Positions 1 through 8,265 of a stretch of DNA of 32,000 nucleotides are shown piece after piece. The stretch covers positions 1,080,001-1,112,000 of the forward strand of contig NC_015067.1 in the NCBI RefSeq assembly GCF_000196555.1, read 5' to 3'. Numbering within the stretch: position 1 is the first letter of the stretch; each line of letters opens with the position of its first letter. Source of the DNA: Bifidobacterium longum subsp. longum JCM 1217 (GTDB lineage: Bacteria; Actinomycetota; Actinomycetes; Actinomycetales; Bifidobacteriaceae). The notes below the pieces were generated by a model that was given only the letters and a program-made list of their open reading frames with translations, searched no databases and had not been told where the DNA came from. The position numbers were made by a program, and so were the translations under genes.

Positions 1-195
1 CAGCCAGTCGCCAGCGTTGAAACTGTCCGCACACCATGCCGGATCGTCCGTCAGCTCTTGGATGCGCCGGACGCCGTTCGGGTCGTCGAGGAGCCCGGGG
101 TTCCAGCCTGCATGCTCGCAGACCACGTCGATCAGCGGGTCAAGCCGGCTGATGGCGCGTGTTCTGCCGGGCGTGACGATCACCGTGCTCCTCAT
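1..195 (-). CDS. hypothetical protein, N-terminal part only (gene runs off the left window edge)
   Basis: ATG at 195-193 lies 3 nt after the TGA of the 199-477 gene. The frame is open to position 1 (65 codons, MRSTVIVTPGRTRAISRLDPLIDVVCEHAGWNPGLLDDPNG...). Composition is non-degenerate and the strand matches its neighbours. Confidence 0.4.
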   Translation of the reverse strand, partial: MRSTVIVTPGRTRAISRLDPLIDVVCEHAGWNPGLLDDPNGVRRIQELTDDPAWCADSFNAGDWL

Positions 196-198
196 CGT

Positions 199-477
199 TC
201 AGTCCTTCTTCTCTTCGAGATCCTTGAACATGTCCCATCCACCGCGTCCGATATCGGCGTCTTTGCTGCCGATTACGACGATGCCGCCGCCTTTCTTGAG
301 CCGCCGCGTGCAGACTGGGTCCGTGTTCTCCTTGCCGTAAATGTCGAAGCTCTTGAGCGGGATCGCCCGCAAACCGTATTCGTAATCGTCGTTGATGCGG
401 TACACGGGCAGGTCGCCGTACCGGTCGCGGATGGCTTCGAGCTTCTCGATGAGTTCGGTGATGGTCAACGTGTCCAT
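199..477 (-). CDS. hypothetical small protein (92 aa)
   Basis: ATG-initiated ORF with balanced, charged composition (MDTLTITELIEKLEAIRDRYGDLPVY...). The ATGCGTCCCC motif (512-521) lies 35 nt upstream. Confidence 0.6.
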   Translation of the reverse strand: MDTLTITELIEKLEAIRDRYGDLPVYRINDDYEYGLRAIPLKSFDIYGKENTDPVCTRRLKKGGGIVVIGSKDADIGRGGWDMFKDLEEKKD

Positions 478-524
478 GGTCGGATGCCTTTCTTACGTCC
501 GCATCCCACGCATGCGTCCCCGGC

Positions 525-1013
525 TCACAGGCCCTTCGCCTTGAGGATCCCGTCCGCCTCTCTGGTGAAGTCATGCCGGCGGCGCAGCCGTCCCGCCTCG
601 TAGCGCGCATCACGCGCCGTCGGGTCGATGTCGCGCGCGAATCCGGCCATCACATCCGGGTCGATGCGGTGCGCGTATCGGAGCGCGATATACGGGTCGG
701 CCGTCCGGACGAGAGCGTGTTCGCCGCCCGGATGCTTCTCGCACGCGATCAGCCATGTGCCCGGATCGTCGCACCAGCCGATGAGGCGTTCCAACTGGCC
801 GGGCGTGCACTCCTGGCTGGCGATCAGCTGGTAGGCGACGTCCGGCGACCATGACGGGTTCGACTCCTCCATGAGCCGGACGAGCATGCCGATCTGTTCG
901 GGACGCAGTCTCGCGCTCGCGGCCAGATCCGTCATGACGCCGTCCCCGTGCTCGAACAGGGCGAGCAGCTGGGGTCCGTCCAGGGTGGCTATGAAATCGT
1001 CGAATCGTTTCAT
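525..1013 (-). CDS. hypothetical protein (162 aa from ATG 1013; the ORF is open to 1073)
   Basis: ATG 1013 (MKRFDDFIATLDG...) is preferred. It avoids overlap with the hipA 3' end, and the conserved block GGGGGACGCATACCCAGGGC sits directly upstream of it. Confidence 0.6.
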   Translation of the reverse strand: MKRFDDFIATLDGPQLLALFEHGDGVMTDLAASARLRPEQIGMLVRLMEESNPSWSPDVAYQLIASQECTPGQLERLIGWCDDPGTWLIACEKHPGGEHALVRTADPYIALRYAHRIDPDVMAGFARDIDPTARDARYEAGRLRRRHDFTREADGILKAKGL

Positions 1014-1050
1014 GCCCTGGGTATGCGTCCCCCTAATCAGGGAAACGGGG

Positions 1051-2394
1051 TCAGCGGCTACGCCAGTATCCACTGACCGGATATCCGCTTCGGATATGAG
1101 GGCTCACCCAGACGCCGCCCCCGCCGAAGGATGCCGTATTCGCCTTTGGCTTCGGCATCCTTCCGTGCAGTGGCTGGATGTTCTCGTTTGCCTTCGAAAC
1201 CGCCTTACGCATGGATTCCCTCAGCGAATCGGGCAAACCGGCCGATGCCTCATCCAGATGGTCGAGAACGGCTCCCGCCATGGTCCGGGCGATATGCGCC
1301 ACACGCTCCCCGTCCAAACCGGCCTCCTCCGCGAAGGCCTCCCAGTCGGATGGGGTGAGCAGTTCCGCGAATTCGACTCCGTTGATGGGCATCGCCATCT
1401 CCTGATCCACATGAGGCCATATTCTGGTGACCGTCATGTCGTACATCGGCGCGAAACGGAACCCGTTTTCGGCAAGAACAATCGAATAGTTCTTGCCATG
1501 GGAGTCCGAATCGCCCGATGAGACGTTGAAGGCAAGCCGGCGAACCCACTCGTATCCGGTTTCATCGCTTGCATCGAAATGATGCAGGAAACGGACGCAG
1601 CTTGCGGCGTCGATTTCATACTTGGATTCGGGATCCATGCCCATGGCCTGCGCTAGATCCTCGCAATGGATTCGTCTCACGTTGTTTCCATCCACGATGC
1701 GGTCGAAACGTCGGGTGATGAAGGCCTCCGTCCCATTCGCGGTGAGAACGCCATGCTCGGATACCGGCAATCCGCAAAGAGTCCCGAGCGTCAGGGTGGC
1801 ATCCTCCACCCTGTGACTGCCGGGGCAATCCCTCATTTCAGGTTTGATGATATGGGTGGAGGGGATGGACGCGTTGGGCCAGAGCCAGACACCGGCACGT
1901 CGGGCGAGCGTGAACTTGGGCTGGCCTCCGGCGATGGAGAAACGGCATTTCGGCGTATCCCGCTCATAGAACTCATCCTCATCATCCCGTGCGAACCAGT
2001 TGTATCCGTTCGCACGCACATATCCTATCTGATTGCCGATTTCCTCCTCGTCGAGGGGTTTCGCCTCGATGGGATGATGCGGGAGTTCGGGCTTGTCCGA
2101 GAATACGAGTCCGCCTACTGTATCCGCATCCGCAAGAAGTTTGAACATGTCCGTCGAATCCAGATGGAGTCGCAGCGCCATCCTACGACGGGCGTTCTCA
2201 TCGTCGGGAAGCAGGTTTTCGAGAAAGGCCGACGCCGTTTTTCCGGAAGCTTTCCCGGTTCTGGGCAGACTGAGGCTTATCGGCGCGCCTTCCTTGGAAT
2301 CATAGTGGAATGAAACACGTCCGCCGGAGGTTCGTATGAATTCCCCCACATGGTTTCCGTCGGCCCAGACATGCAGTCGTTCTCCTCGCATCAT
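1051..2394 (-). CDS. hipA: HipA-family serine/threonine kinase toxin (type II TA)
   Basis: 447 aa. The N-terminus matches the HipA coupling domain (LHVWADGNHVGEF...SFHYD), followed by ENLLPD. The catalytic loop reads DSHGKNYSIVL (D-x-H-x-K-N). ATGA overlap with the upstream HTH gene. Confidence 0.9.
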   Translation of the reverse strand: MMRGERLHVWADGNHVGEFIRTSGGRVSFHYDSKEGAPISLSLPRTGKASGKTASAFLENLLPDDENARRRMALRLHLDSTDMFKLLADADTVGGLVFSDKPELPHHPIEAKPLDEEEIGNQIGYVRANGYNWFARDDEDEFYERDTPKCRFSIAGGQPKFTLARRAGVWLWPNASIPSTHIIKPEMRDCPGSHRVEDATLTLGTLCGLPVSEHGVLTANGTEAFITRRFDRIVDGNNVRRIHCEDLAQAMGMDPESKYEIDAASCVRFLHHFDASDETGYEWVRRLAFNVSSGDSDSHGKNYSIVLAENGFRFAPMYDMTVTRIWPHVDQEMAMPINGVEFAELLTPSDWEAFAEEAGLDGERVAHIARTMAGAVLDHLDEASAGLPDSLRESMRKAVSKANENIQPLHGRMPKPKANTASFGGGGVWVSPHIRSGYPVSGYWRSR

Positions 2395-2693
2395 GCCTCC
2401 AGATATTCGGGCGGAACCCTATAGGGTTTGACGCCGAGTGTGGCGAACACACGCAGGGCCGCTTCCAACGGTACGATCCCGCGTTCCGCCATATCGGTCA
2501 CGATGCTTTCGGAGACGCCGCTTCTGTCCGCGATTTCTGACGGGGTTCGGCCGATTTCCGTGATTCGTGCGGAAATAATCTCGCCCGCCTTTTCCAATGA
2601 GGGCATGTCGCGAATGCCGTCATGCGATGGTTCTTCGCTGATGGAGATCTCATCGGTTTTCGACGGCAAGGCGTCGAATTCGCTGTAATCCAT
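2391..2693 (-). CDS. hipB: HipB-like XRE-family HTH antitoxin
   Basis: HTH segment: RTPSEIADRSGVSESIVTDMAERG. 4-nt ATGA overlap with hipA. ATG 2693 is preferred over 2723 because AAAGGAGCGG lies 7-8 nt upstream of 2693. Confidence 0.75.
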   Translation of the reverse strand: MDYSEFDALPSKTDEISISEEPSHDGIRDMPSLEKAGEIISARITEIGRTPSEIADRSGVSESIVTDMAERGIVPLEAALRVFATLGVKPYRVPPEYLEA

Positions 2694-2854
2694 TTCTCTT
2701 CCGCTCCTTTCCGGAAAAAGCATGCGTCCCGAAAACCAGAGGATTGCGAATCAGGCTGCTCGAACCATCATAACGTCGAATGCCTTATTCCGGCACGCGC
2801 CAGATGACGGCGGCGTGAAGACCGGCTGCCTGGCCGGGTTCCCGTCGAAAGGCA

Positions 2855-5653
2855 TCAGGACGCCTCCCCCGTGAGCCGCGCGTACCCGTCGAACAGGACC
2901 TTCAGGCGCGTATCGTCATCGTCCTTCAGCCATTTCCCCGCGCCGAACGCCACGTCCGCGATCTTGTCCAATTCCCGGTGGGCGGCGCGTAGGTCGGTCG
3001 GCATGTAGTCGGGATCGTACAGGTCTGCCAGGGACTGGCCGGGATGGTTGGCTCGAGCCACCAGCACGTTCCTGCCGGCCTCGATCAATGCGGCGCGGGT
3101 TTCATCGTCGAGGGCGGGCAGGGGCAGGTTGTTCCAAACCACCGTGTTGCTGAAACGGCAGCGTGATTCCAGTCGCCCTCCAATCGTCTGCTGCCATGTC
3201 ATGAACATGCGTGATTCGATGACGGCGAATGCGAGGCCATCCCGGTCGGGACTGGTGTACACCATGTCGCCGGCGATGATGTCCGGCGTGTACCAGTCGC
3301 AGGTCATGTATTCCCGATCCTCGCTGAACACCTTCGGGATCGCAAGATAGTTCATGGACGGCTGATGGTCGTCACGGAACAGCCAAGGTGTCGCACGATG
3401 CCTGTAGGCATCGCCCTTCATTGGAGCATTGCGACGGTATTCGGCGCATGCGTCGACACGCTTCTTCAGGAACGAGGATTTCCTCAGTTCCCCCGGCTCC
3501 GCGTCCCTGAGCCATAGGCACCAGCGGTCCGTGCCGTTGATGAGCTCGCGTCCCATGCGAAACGGCCGGACGAAGCGTGCGGCGATGGGATCGGCCATGG
3601 CCTTGGCATATTCCTCACGGTCGGCGAGCAGCAGGTTGCCTCCATCCAGGGGCATGGAACCGGAATCGGTGACATCGAGAAGAGGCGAGACCGGTCCCGT
3701 CTTCTGGCTTCGTTTGCCTACGTACAGGTCGGGGCCGTCTATGAGATACCCGTTGATGTTGTCCACGGTGCGGGCGGTCGGTTCCCCATTGATGTCCGCG
3801 TATTCGAACAGTACGGGCGCGGGCTTCGCTTTCCTGTCCAGGCCGATGATGACGACGTGGACGTGCGCGTTGTCCGTGGACTGCGCGTCCCATGCGAACG
3901 TGCGGTGCGCGAAACGGATATGCCAGCCGTCCGCATGCAACGGTTTGAACAGGGGTTCCACGGGCTGCCCCTGGGTGATCGAATTGGTGGTGACGAATGC
4001 GAACGCCGCATCCGGTTTAGACAGGTAGGAGGCGGCCTTCCGGTACCATCCGGTCGCGTAGTCGAGATATCCGTCATACTGGCGGCCCCACACGGTCTTC
4101 AGATCATCGGTCTGACCGGCGGTCTTGGTGACGTGTCCGATGAACGGCGGGTTGCCCATCACATAGTCGCAGTGGTCGCCGGGTAATAGTTCGTTCCAGT
4201 CGAGGCGCAGGGCGTTGCCTTGTTGAATATGGGCCGTATCGGTGAACGGGAGCCGGGGCAGGCCGCTGATGGTCGACTCGGTGTCGTCCAATGCTTGCTG
4301 TTCCGCGATCCAGAGCGCGGTGCGGGCGACCGCGCAGGCGAACCCGTTGATTTCAATGCCGTGGAAGTGGCTGATGCTGACTTTGACGGGGTTGATGTCG
4401 TCGCCGAGGTCGAGGGCGAGTTGTCCGTCCTTGTCCAAATCGGCGAGGATCCGGTTCTCGATGCGACGCAGTTCCAGATAGGTTTCGGTCAGGAAGTTGC
4501 CGGAACCGCAGGCGGGGTCGAGGAACCGGAGGCCGGCTATCTTGTCGTGGAGTTTGTTGAGCGCGTTGGTGCGGGAACCGCCTGCGACCGGCCTGGCCTC
4601 CGCCCCCTCGAGTTCGGCTTTCAAACCGTCGAGGAACAACGGGTCGATGAGCCTGTGGATGTTCTTGACGGACGTGTAGTGCATGCCTCCCTTGCGCCGT
4701 TCGTCATGGCTGAGGGTTTCCTCCATGAGGGAACCGAAGATGACGGGGCTGATGCCGCTCCAGTCGAAGCCTTCGCTGATTTCCAGCAGGGCATCACGCA
4801 GCTCCCCGGTCAACGGGGGCACGTCGATCCGGTCGGCGAACAGGCCGCCGTCCACGTAGGGGAACGCTTTCAACGGTTCCGGCAGGTAACGACGCCGCTT
4901 CTCGATTGGTGTGTCCAACGCTTCGAACAGGTCGTACAGGTCTTCGCCCAGACGTTCGGGCGTGGATGCCGCCACATAGTCGCGGAGCGCGTCCGGCCGA
5001 AACAGGTTCGCGTCCTCCGCATACAGGCAGAACACGAGGCGTACGGTCAGCATCGCCAGCGCATCATGCTCCGCCGGATCATCGGGATGTTCGAAGCATT
5101 CCGCCAAAGAGTCATGGAGTCTGGCGACCCGTCGGCCGGCTTTGACGGACAGTTTCTCCTGTTGGACGACACGGGAGTGCTCGTGGGCGAACAGGCGGCC
5201 GATTTCGTTGATGTGCTCCGGCAGGCCGGCAAGCGTGAACTCCGATTGCGGGGTGCGGGCCAACGGGTCGGCTTCCAGATCGTAGAGGCGGAATGTTCCG
5301 AAATTGCAGGTGATGAGCACGGACGGGTGTTCCGATGGCGGCAGGCTGTCGGAATACCGTTTCGCCTGTTCCACCGGGGTGACCATGGTTCCCTGACGTG
5401 GTTCCGGCCTGTCCAAATCCACGCCGAGGCTCTTCTGTTCGACGAGCACACGGGCTTGGATCATGAGCGCGTCGATGAACCCGTCCAATGCGGTGCGCCG
5501 TTCGAACCAGAGCGTCTGCCTGTCGCTCGTGTTCGGGATGAGCAGCACCTTGTCCAACAGGTCACGCCAGTACTGTTGGGTCTCGGATTTCTCGTCGCCT
5601 CGTCCCGCCCATGATTCGGCGAACTTGGCCGCCCTGCTCTTCAGATCATCCAT
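2855..5653 (-). CDS. MmeI-family type IIL/IIG restriction-modification enzyme (fused endonuclease, N6-adenine methyltransferase and target-recognition domain), 932 aa
   Basis: N-terminal D...EXK nuclease motif (FIDALMIQARVLVEQKS). Motif I FLDPACGSGNFL. Motif IV VMGNPPFIGH. Size matches MmeI-type enzymes. Start set at ATG 5653 (MDDLKSRAAKF...); the Arg-rich 149 codons upstream in the ORF track overlap a better gene in another frame. Confidence 0.85.
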   Translation of the reverse strand: MDDLKSRAAKFAESWAGRGDEKSETQQYWRDLLDKVLLIPNTSDRQTLWFERRTALDGFIDALMIQARVLVEQKSLGVDLDRPEPRQGTMVTPVEQAKRYSDSLPPSEHPSVLITCNFGTFRLYDLEADPLARTPQSEFTLAGLPEHINEIGRLFAHEHSRVVQQEKLSVKAGRRVARLHDSLAECFEHPDDPAEHDALAMLTVRLVFCLYAEDANLFRPDALRDYVAASTPERLGEDLYDLFEALDTPIEKRRRYLPEPLKAFPYVDGGLFADRIDVPPLTGELRDALLEISEGFDWSGISPVIFGSLMEETLSHDERRKGGMHYTSVKNIHRLIDPLFLDGLKAELEGAEARPVAGGSRTNALNKLHDKIAGLRFLDPACGSGNFLTETYLELRRIENRILADLDKDGQLALDLGDDINPVKVSISHFHGIEINGFACAVARTALWIAEQQALDDTESTISGLPRLPFTDTAHIQQGNALRLDWNELLPGDHCDYVMGNPPFIGHVTKTAGQTDDLKTVWGRQYDGYLDYATGWYRKAASYLSKPDAAFAFVTTNSITQGQPVEPLFKPLHADGWHIRFAHRTFAWDAQSTDNAHVHVVIIGLDRKAKPAPVLFEYADINGEPTARTVDNINGYLIDGPDLYVGKRSQKTGPVSPLLDVTDSGSMPLDGGNLLLADREEYAKAMADPIAARFVRPFRMGRELINGTDRWCLWLRDAEPGELRKSSFLKKRVDACAEYRRNAPMKGDAYRHRATPWLFRDDHQPSMNYLAIPKVFSEDREYMTCDWYTPDIIAGDMVYTSPDRDGLAFAVIESRMFMTWQQTIGGRLESRCRFSNTVVWNNLPLPALDDETRAALIEAGRNVLVARANHPGQSLADLYDPDYMPTDLRAAHRELDKIADVAFGAGKWLKDDDDTRLKVLFDGYARLTGEAS

Positions 5654-6275
5654 GATTCCCAATGGTATCCGGTTTTCCGCATGCCGGTCGGATATCGACC
5701 ACATCATGCGGCGTGATCGTCCATAGGCAGGCTTGGATCCACCGGTCCGGCAGCCGTTTCGGATCCGCGATCGCGTTCGCCCTGTACTGGAGCCGTTTCT
5801 TTTCGGCCGGATCGTCCCAATGCTCGTCCAGCCACCGGTCGTATTCGGCGGGAGTCCACCTGTCGGCATCCAGCGGGGCGCACGGCCACCGGTTGATGAC
5901 GCAATGGTATTGGTCGAAATCCGTGCAAAGCACCCGGTTCTCATCGACCCGCAGATGCAGGAGCTCCAACCCGTCGTACTGGTGGCGGAAGCCCGGATAC
6001 CGTCGGTCGGGACGCGTATGCGCCCTGCCTTTCGAATCGACCCAGCGCGCCCACGCCCACAAGGGGGCCGCGTCCGGGTCCGGACGCGGCATGCCGGCAT
6101 GCTCCATTTCGCCCATCATCCACTCATAGGCGGGGCTGATGCCGTCCCACCAGTCCGCGTCGCCGTCGGCAATCGACCGTTCGCGGGCCGCCTTCCATGA
6201 GGGCGTGTACGAGCCGGAACGGTCGAACGCGGCCCTGACATCCGGCCACCGTTGGAACGAATACAGATCGATCAG
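5646..6275 (-). CDS. DUF3841-like protein (about 209 aa if initiated at CTG 6275; 157 aa if at ATG 6119)
   Basis: Pattern recalled for DUF3841: PLWAWARW...RPDRR...LHLRVDENRVLCTDFDQYHCVINRW...IQACLWTI. The frame stays open and protein-like for 52 codons upstream of ATG 6119. AGGAGG (6287-6282) + TTTTTT + CTG (6275-6273) follows directly after the stop of the preceding gene. 8-nt overlap with the RM gene start. Confidence 0.6.
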   Translation of the reverse strand: MIDLYSFQRWPDVRAAFDRSGSYTPSWKAARERSIADGDADWWDGISPAYEWMMGEMEHAGMPRPDPDAAPLWAWARWVDSKGRAHTRPDRRYPGFRHQYDGLELLHLRVDENRVLCTDFDQYHCVINRWPCAPLDADRWTPAEYDRWLDEHWDDPAEKKRLQYRANAIADPKRLPDRWIQACLWTITPHDVVDIRPACGKPDTIGNHG

Positions 6276-6291
6276 AAAAAACCTCCTTTAG

Positions 6292-6639
6292 TCAGCATTC
6301 CCATTTGACGCGGCGACGGTACAGGCGGGGATCGTCCCAATCGTCGTCCATGAGGCCGGTATCCGCCTCGCGCACGGCGAGACGGCAACGATCGCGAACC
6401 GTATGGCGGCCCACGTAATCCGGATACCGGTCATCCTCGTAGTCATGCCAGCTGTGCCAGCGCCGGCCGGATGGGATGTGCGCCTTCCGGCTCTGCGAAT
6501 ACGCATATGCGGTCACGTCGCCTTCAAGGGTCGGCGGTTCGGTCGGGTGCATCCAGTTGTGTCGCAGGTACGCGTACCCGTGCTCCAGCGCCTCGCGTTC
6601 GAGCACACGGTACGGCTTGTCCTTGAACGTTCGGGACAT
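6292..6639 (-). CDS. hypothetical protein (115 aa), first gene of the RM operon
   Basis: ATG 6639 preceded by GGAAGGAAAAAACGA. Trp/Asp/Arg-rich but non-repetitive sequence. Its stop lies 16 nt before the DUF3841-like start. Confidence 0.6.
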   Translation of the reverse strand: MSRTFKDKPYRVLEREALEHGYAYLRHNWMHPTEPPTLEGDVTAYAYSQSRKAHIPSGRRWHSWHDYEDDRYPDYVGRHTVRDRCRLAVREADTGLMDDDWDDPRLYRRRVKWEC

Positions 6640-6770
6640 TCGTTTTTTCCTTCCATTAGGTTTGTTCGCCTAGTGGAAGTCGTGAGAGAGCAGCATCGCT
6701 TTTCCTTTCCGATGGCCAACTATACAAAGAACAAACGAATAGTCTTTGCTGTTATTGCGTATCCAATGTA

Positions 6771-6800
6771 TTGATATTGTACGTCAAGTTGACGTACAAT
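6771..6800 (+). promoter_or_regulatory. promoter plus palindromic operator of the DUF1778/GNAT TA operon; likely leaderless
   Basis: TTGATA (6771-6776), 18-nt spacer, TACAAT (6795-6800), with ATG at 6808 only 7 nt after the -10. A perfect inverted repeat ATTGTACGTCAA-G-TTGACGTACAAT (6776-6800) spans the spacer and the -10. Confidence 0.55.
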
Positions 6801-6807
6801 ACACGGT

Positions 6808-7086
6808 ATGACAAGCACTATTACGGAACCGGCACGCAGCTCACGCCTCAACATGCGCCTCACGCCAGAACAGCGCCAAACCATAGATATAGCGGCCTCT
6901 CTCAAAGGCTCCTCCATAACACAATGGGCCATCGACCATCTCGTCACCGACGCGCGCCGGGATATCGAAGAGGAGACCGTCACCCGTCTGCCCTCCAAGG
7001 CATTCGACGAATTTCTCAAGGCGCTTGACAGACCCATGCCGAAGGCCGCGAAGGATCTCATCGAAATGGAACCCGACTGGATATGA
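6808..7086 (+). CDS. DUF1778 (TacA/AtaR-type, RHH) antitoxin
   Basis: 92 aa. RLNMRLTPEQRQTIDIAASLKGSSITQWAIDHL is the characteristic DUF1778 N-terminus. ATGA overlap with the GNAT gene. Confidence 0.9.
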   Translation: MTSTITEPARSSRLNMRLTPEQRQTIDIAASLKGSSITQWAIDHLVTDARRDIEEETVTRLPSKAFDEFLKALDRPMPKAAKDLIEMEPDWI

Positions 7087-7574
7087 GATTCACCACACCA
7101 CGGCGCATAGAGTCCTCCGACATGCTCGATGGCTTTGACTGCGGCATTACGCCCATTGATGAATGGCTGTCCACGAGATCCCGTTCTGCCGAAAAACAGG
7201 GAACGGCCGTCGCGTACGTCACCTACGCCGAATCAGGGGAACTCGCCGGATTCTACTCTCTCAGCGCACACGCGATGGAACGCTCCAATATCGCCGGCGG
7301 ATGGCTACAGAGGAACGTTCCCGAGCGAGTGCCCATGATACTGCTCGGCATGCTCGGCGTGGACAGACGTTTCCAAGGCGAAGGCCTCGGCAGGAAACTG
7401 TTGCACGATGCGGTCATACGTTCCTTGAACATCAGCTCCGAACTCGGGGCGAGGGCCCTCATAGTGGATCCCGTGGATTCAGCCGCAGCTAGATTCTACG
7501 AGAACAACGGCTTCCAGCACATTCCGGAATCAGAACGAATGTTCCTCAAACTCGCGGGCAAGCATCTCGTCTAG
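7083..7574 (+). CDS. GNAT-family acetyltransferase toxin (TacT/AtaT-type)
   Basis: 163 aa. FDCGITPIDEWL near the N-terminus. Acetyl-CoA motif RRFQGEGLGRKLL. C-terminal FYENNGF. Its TAG stop shares the palindrome CTAG (7571-7574) with the stop of the convergent minus-strand gene. Confidence 0.9.
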   Translation: MRFTTPRRIESSDMLDGFDCGITPIDEWLSTRSRSAEKQGTAVAYVTYAESGELAGFYSLSAHAMERSNIAGGWLQRNVPERVPMILLGMLGVDRRFQGEGLGRKLLHDAVIRSLNISSELGARALIVDPVDSAAARFYENNGFQHIPESERMFLKLAGKHLV

Positions 7575-8119
7575 CATTCTTGGCTTCCTCCATCCAGCAG
7601 ATCGCACAGCACCCACAGGGCGAATCGGGCGCCGTTCAGCGCATCCTCGGGAAGGCCGCACGGATATGAGGCCTCGACCCCCGCATGCACGTTCCCGTCC
7701 GCATCCACGCCATCCAGCACGGTGACGGCCAGGGTCAGGCATCGCAATCCGCGTTCGGGCGTCGCGTCCCCGCGGACGAGCAGCCAGACTGGCGGCATCG
7801 CCATCGGCTTGCCGGGATCGAACGAACGCGCCTCGTCGGCGACGATGCCCGGTCCGAACGGTTCCCGCAGTTCCAGCCCGTACGTGATGTTCCCGGCACG
7901 ATATTCGAGCTTGATGCGGGCCGTCGTGCCGGACGGTTCGGATGTTTCGGATTCGACGGCGTACAGCCGGTAGCGGATGGAATCAAGCATTATCCCCATG
8001 GTAGTCCGGGTGCGCGGTTCCTGTTCTCGTGGGGGCCGCCGCGTGCCGTCCGCGTTGAACTGGGCGAGCTGCCCGATCGCATTGCCCGTGTTCTGCAACG
8101 CGCCATTGAGTAGACGCAC
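7571..8119 (-). CDS. hypothetical protein; probably the downstream part of a gene split at a G6 tract (see findings)
   Basis: GTG-initiated ORF of 182 aa with internal ATG alternatives at 7999 and 7990. An upstream ORF (8225-7983) with a good RBS shares the motif NAIGQL and would fuse to this frame on loss of one G at 8125-8130. Confidence 0.5.
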   Translation of the reverse strand: MRLLNGALQNTGNAIGQLAQFNADGTRRPPREQEPRTRTTMGIMLDSIRYRLYAVESETSEPSGTTARIKLEYRAGNITYGLELREPFGPGIVADEARSFDPGKPMAMPPVWLLVRGDATPERGLRCLTLAVTVLDGVDADGNVHAGVEASYPCGLPEDALNGARFALWVLCDLLDGGSQEC

Positions 8120-8265
8120 ACGCTCCCCCCATATCGTTGGTCTCCAACGCGAGACGCAGCTGGCCGATGGCCGCGTTCACCTGATTGCGGTACGTGTAGT
8201 TATTGTTCTCGGATGGCGCCGTCATGCCATCCGCCTTCCTTTCGTCCTTAGAACTGATATGCGTT

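Noticed and set aside
4220-5614. 464-aa plus-strand ORF
   Set aside because: It lies antisense to the MmeI-family gene, which carries unambiguous methyltransferase motifs. It has no RBS and no motifs.
5654-6100. 149-codon N-terminal extension of the RM ORF (track start 6100)
   Set aside because: The sequence is Arg/Gly/Thr-rich and nonsense-like. It overlaps the well-formed DUF3841-like gene in another frame. ATG 5653 gives the N-terminus expected for MmeI-type enzymes.
6640-6770. Promoter for the minus-strand RM operon (TATAGT-like -10 around 6715-6720)
   Set aside because: No convincing -35 element or spacing could be established by eye. The region is AT-rich and probably does contain the promoter, but no position can be supported.
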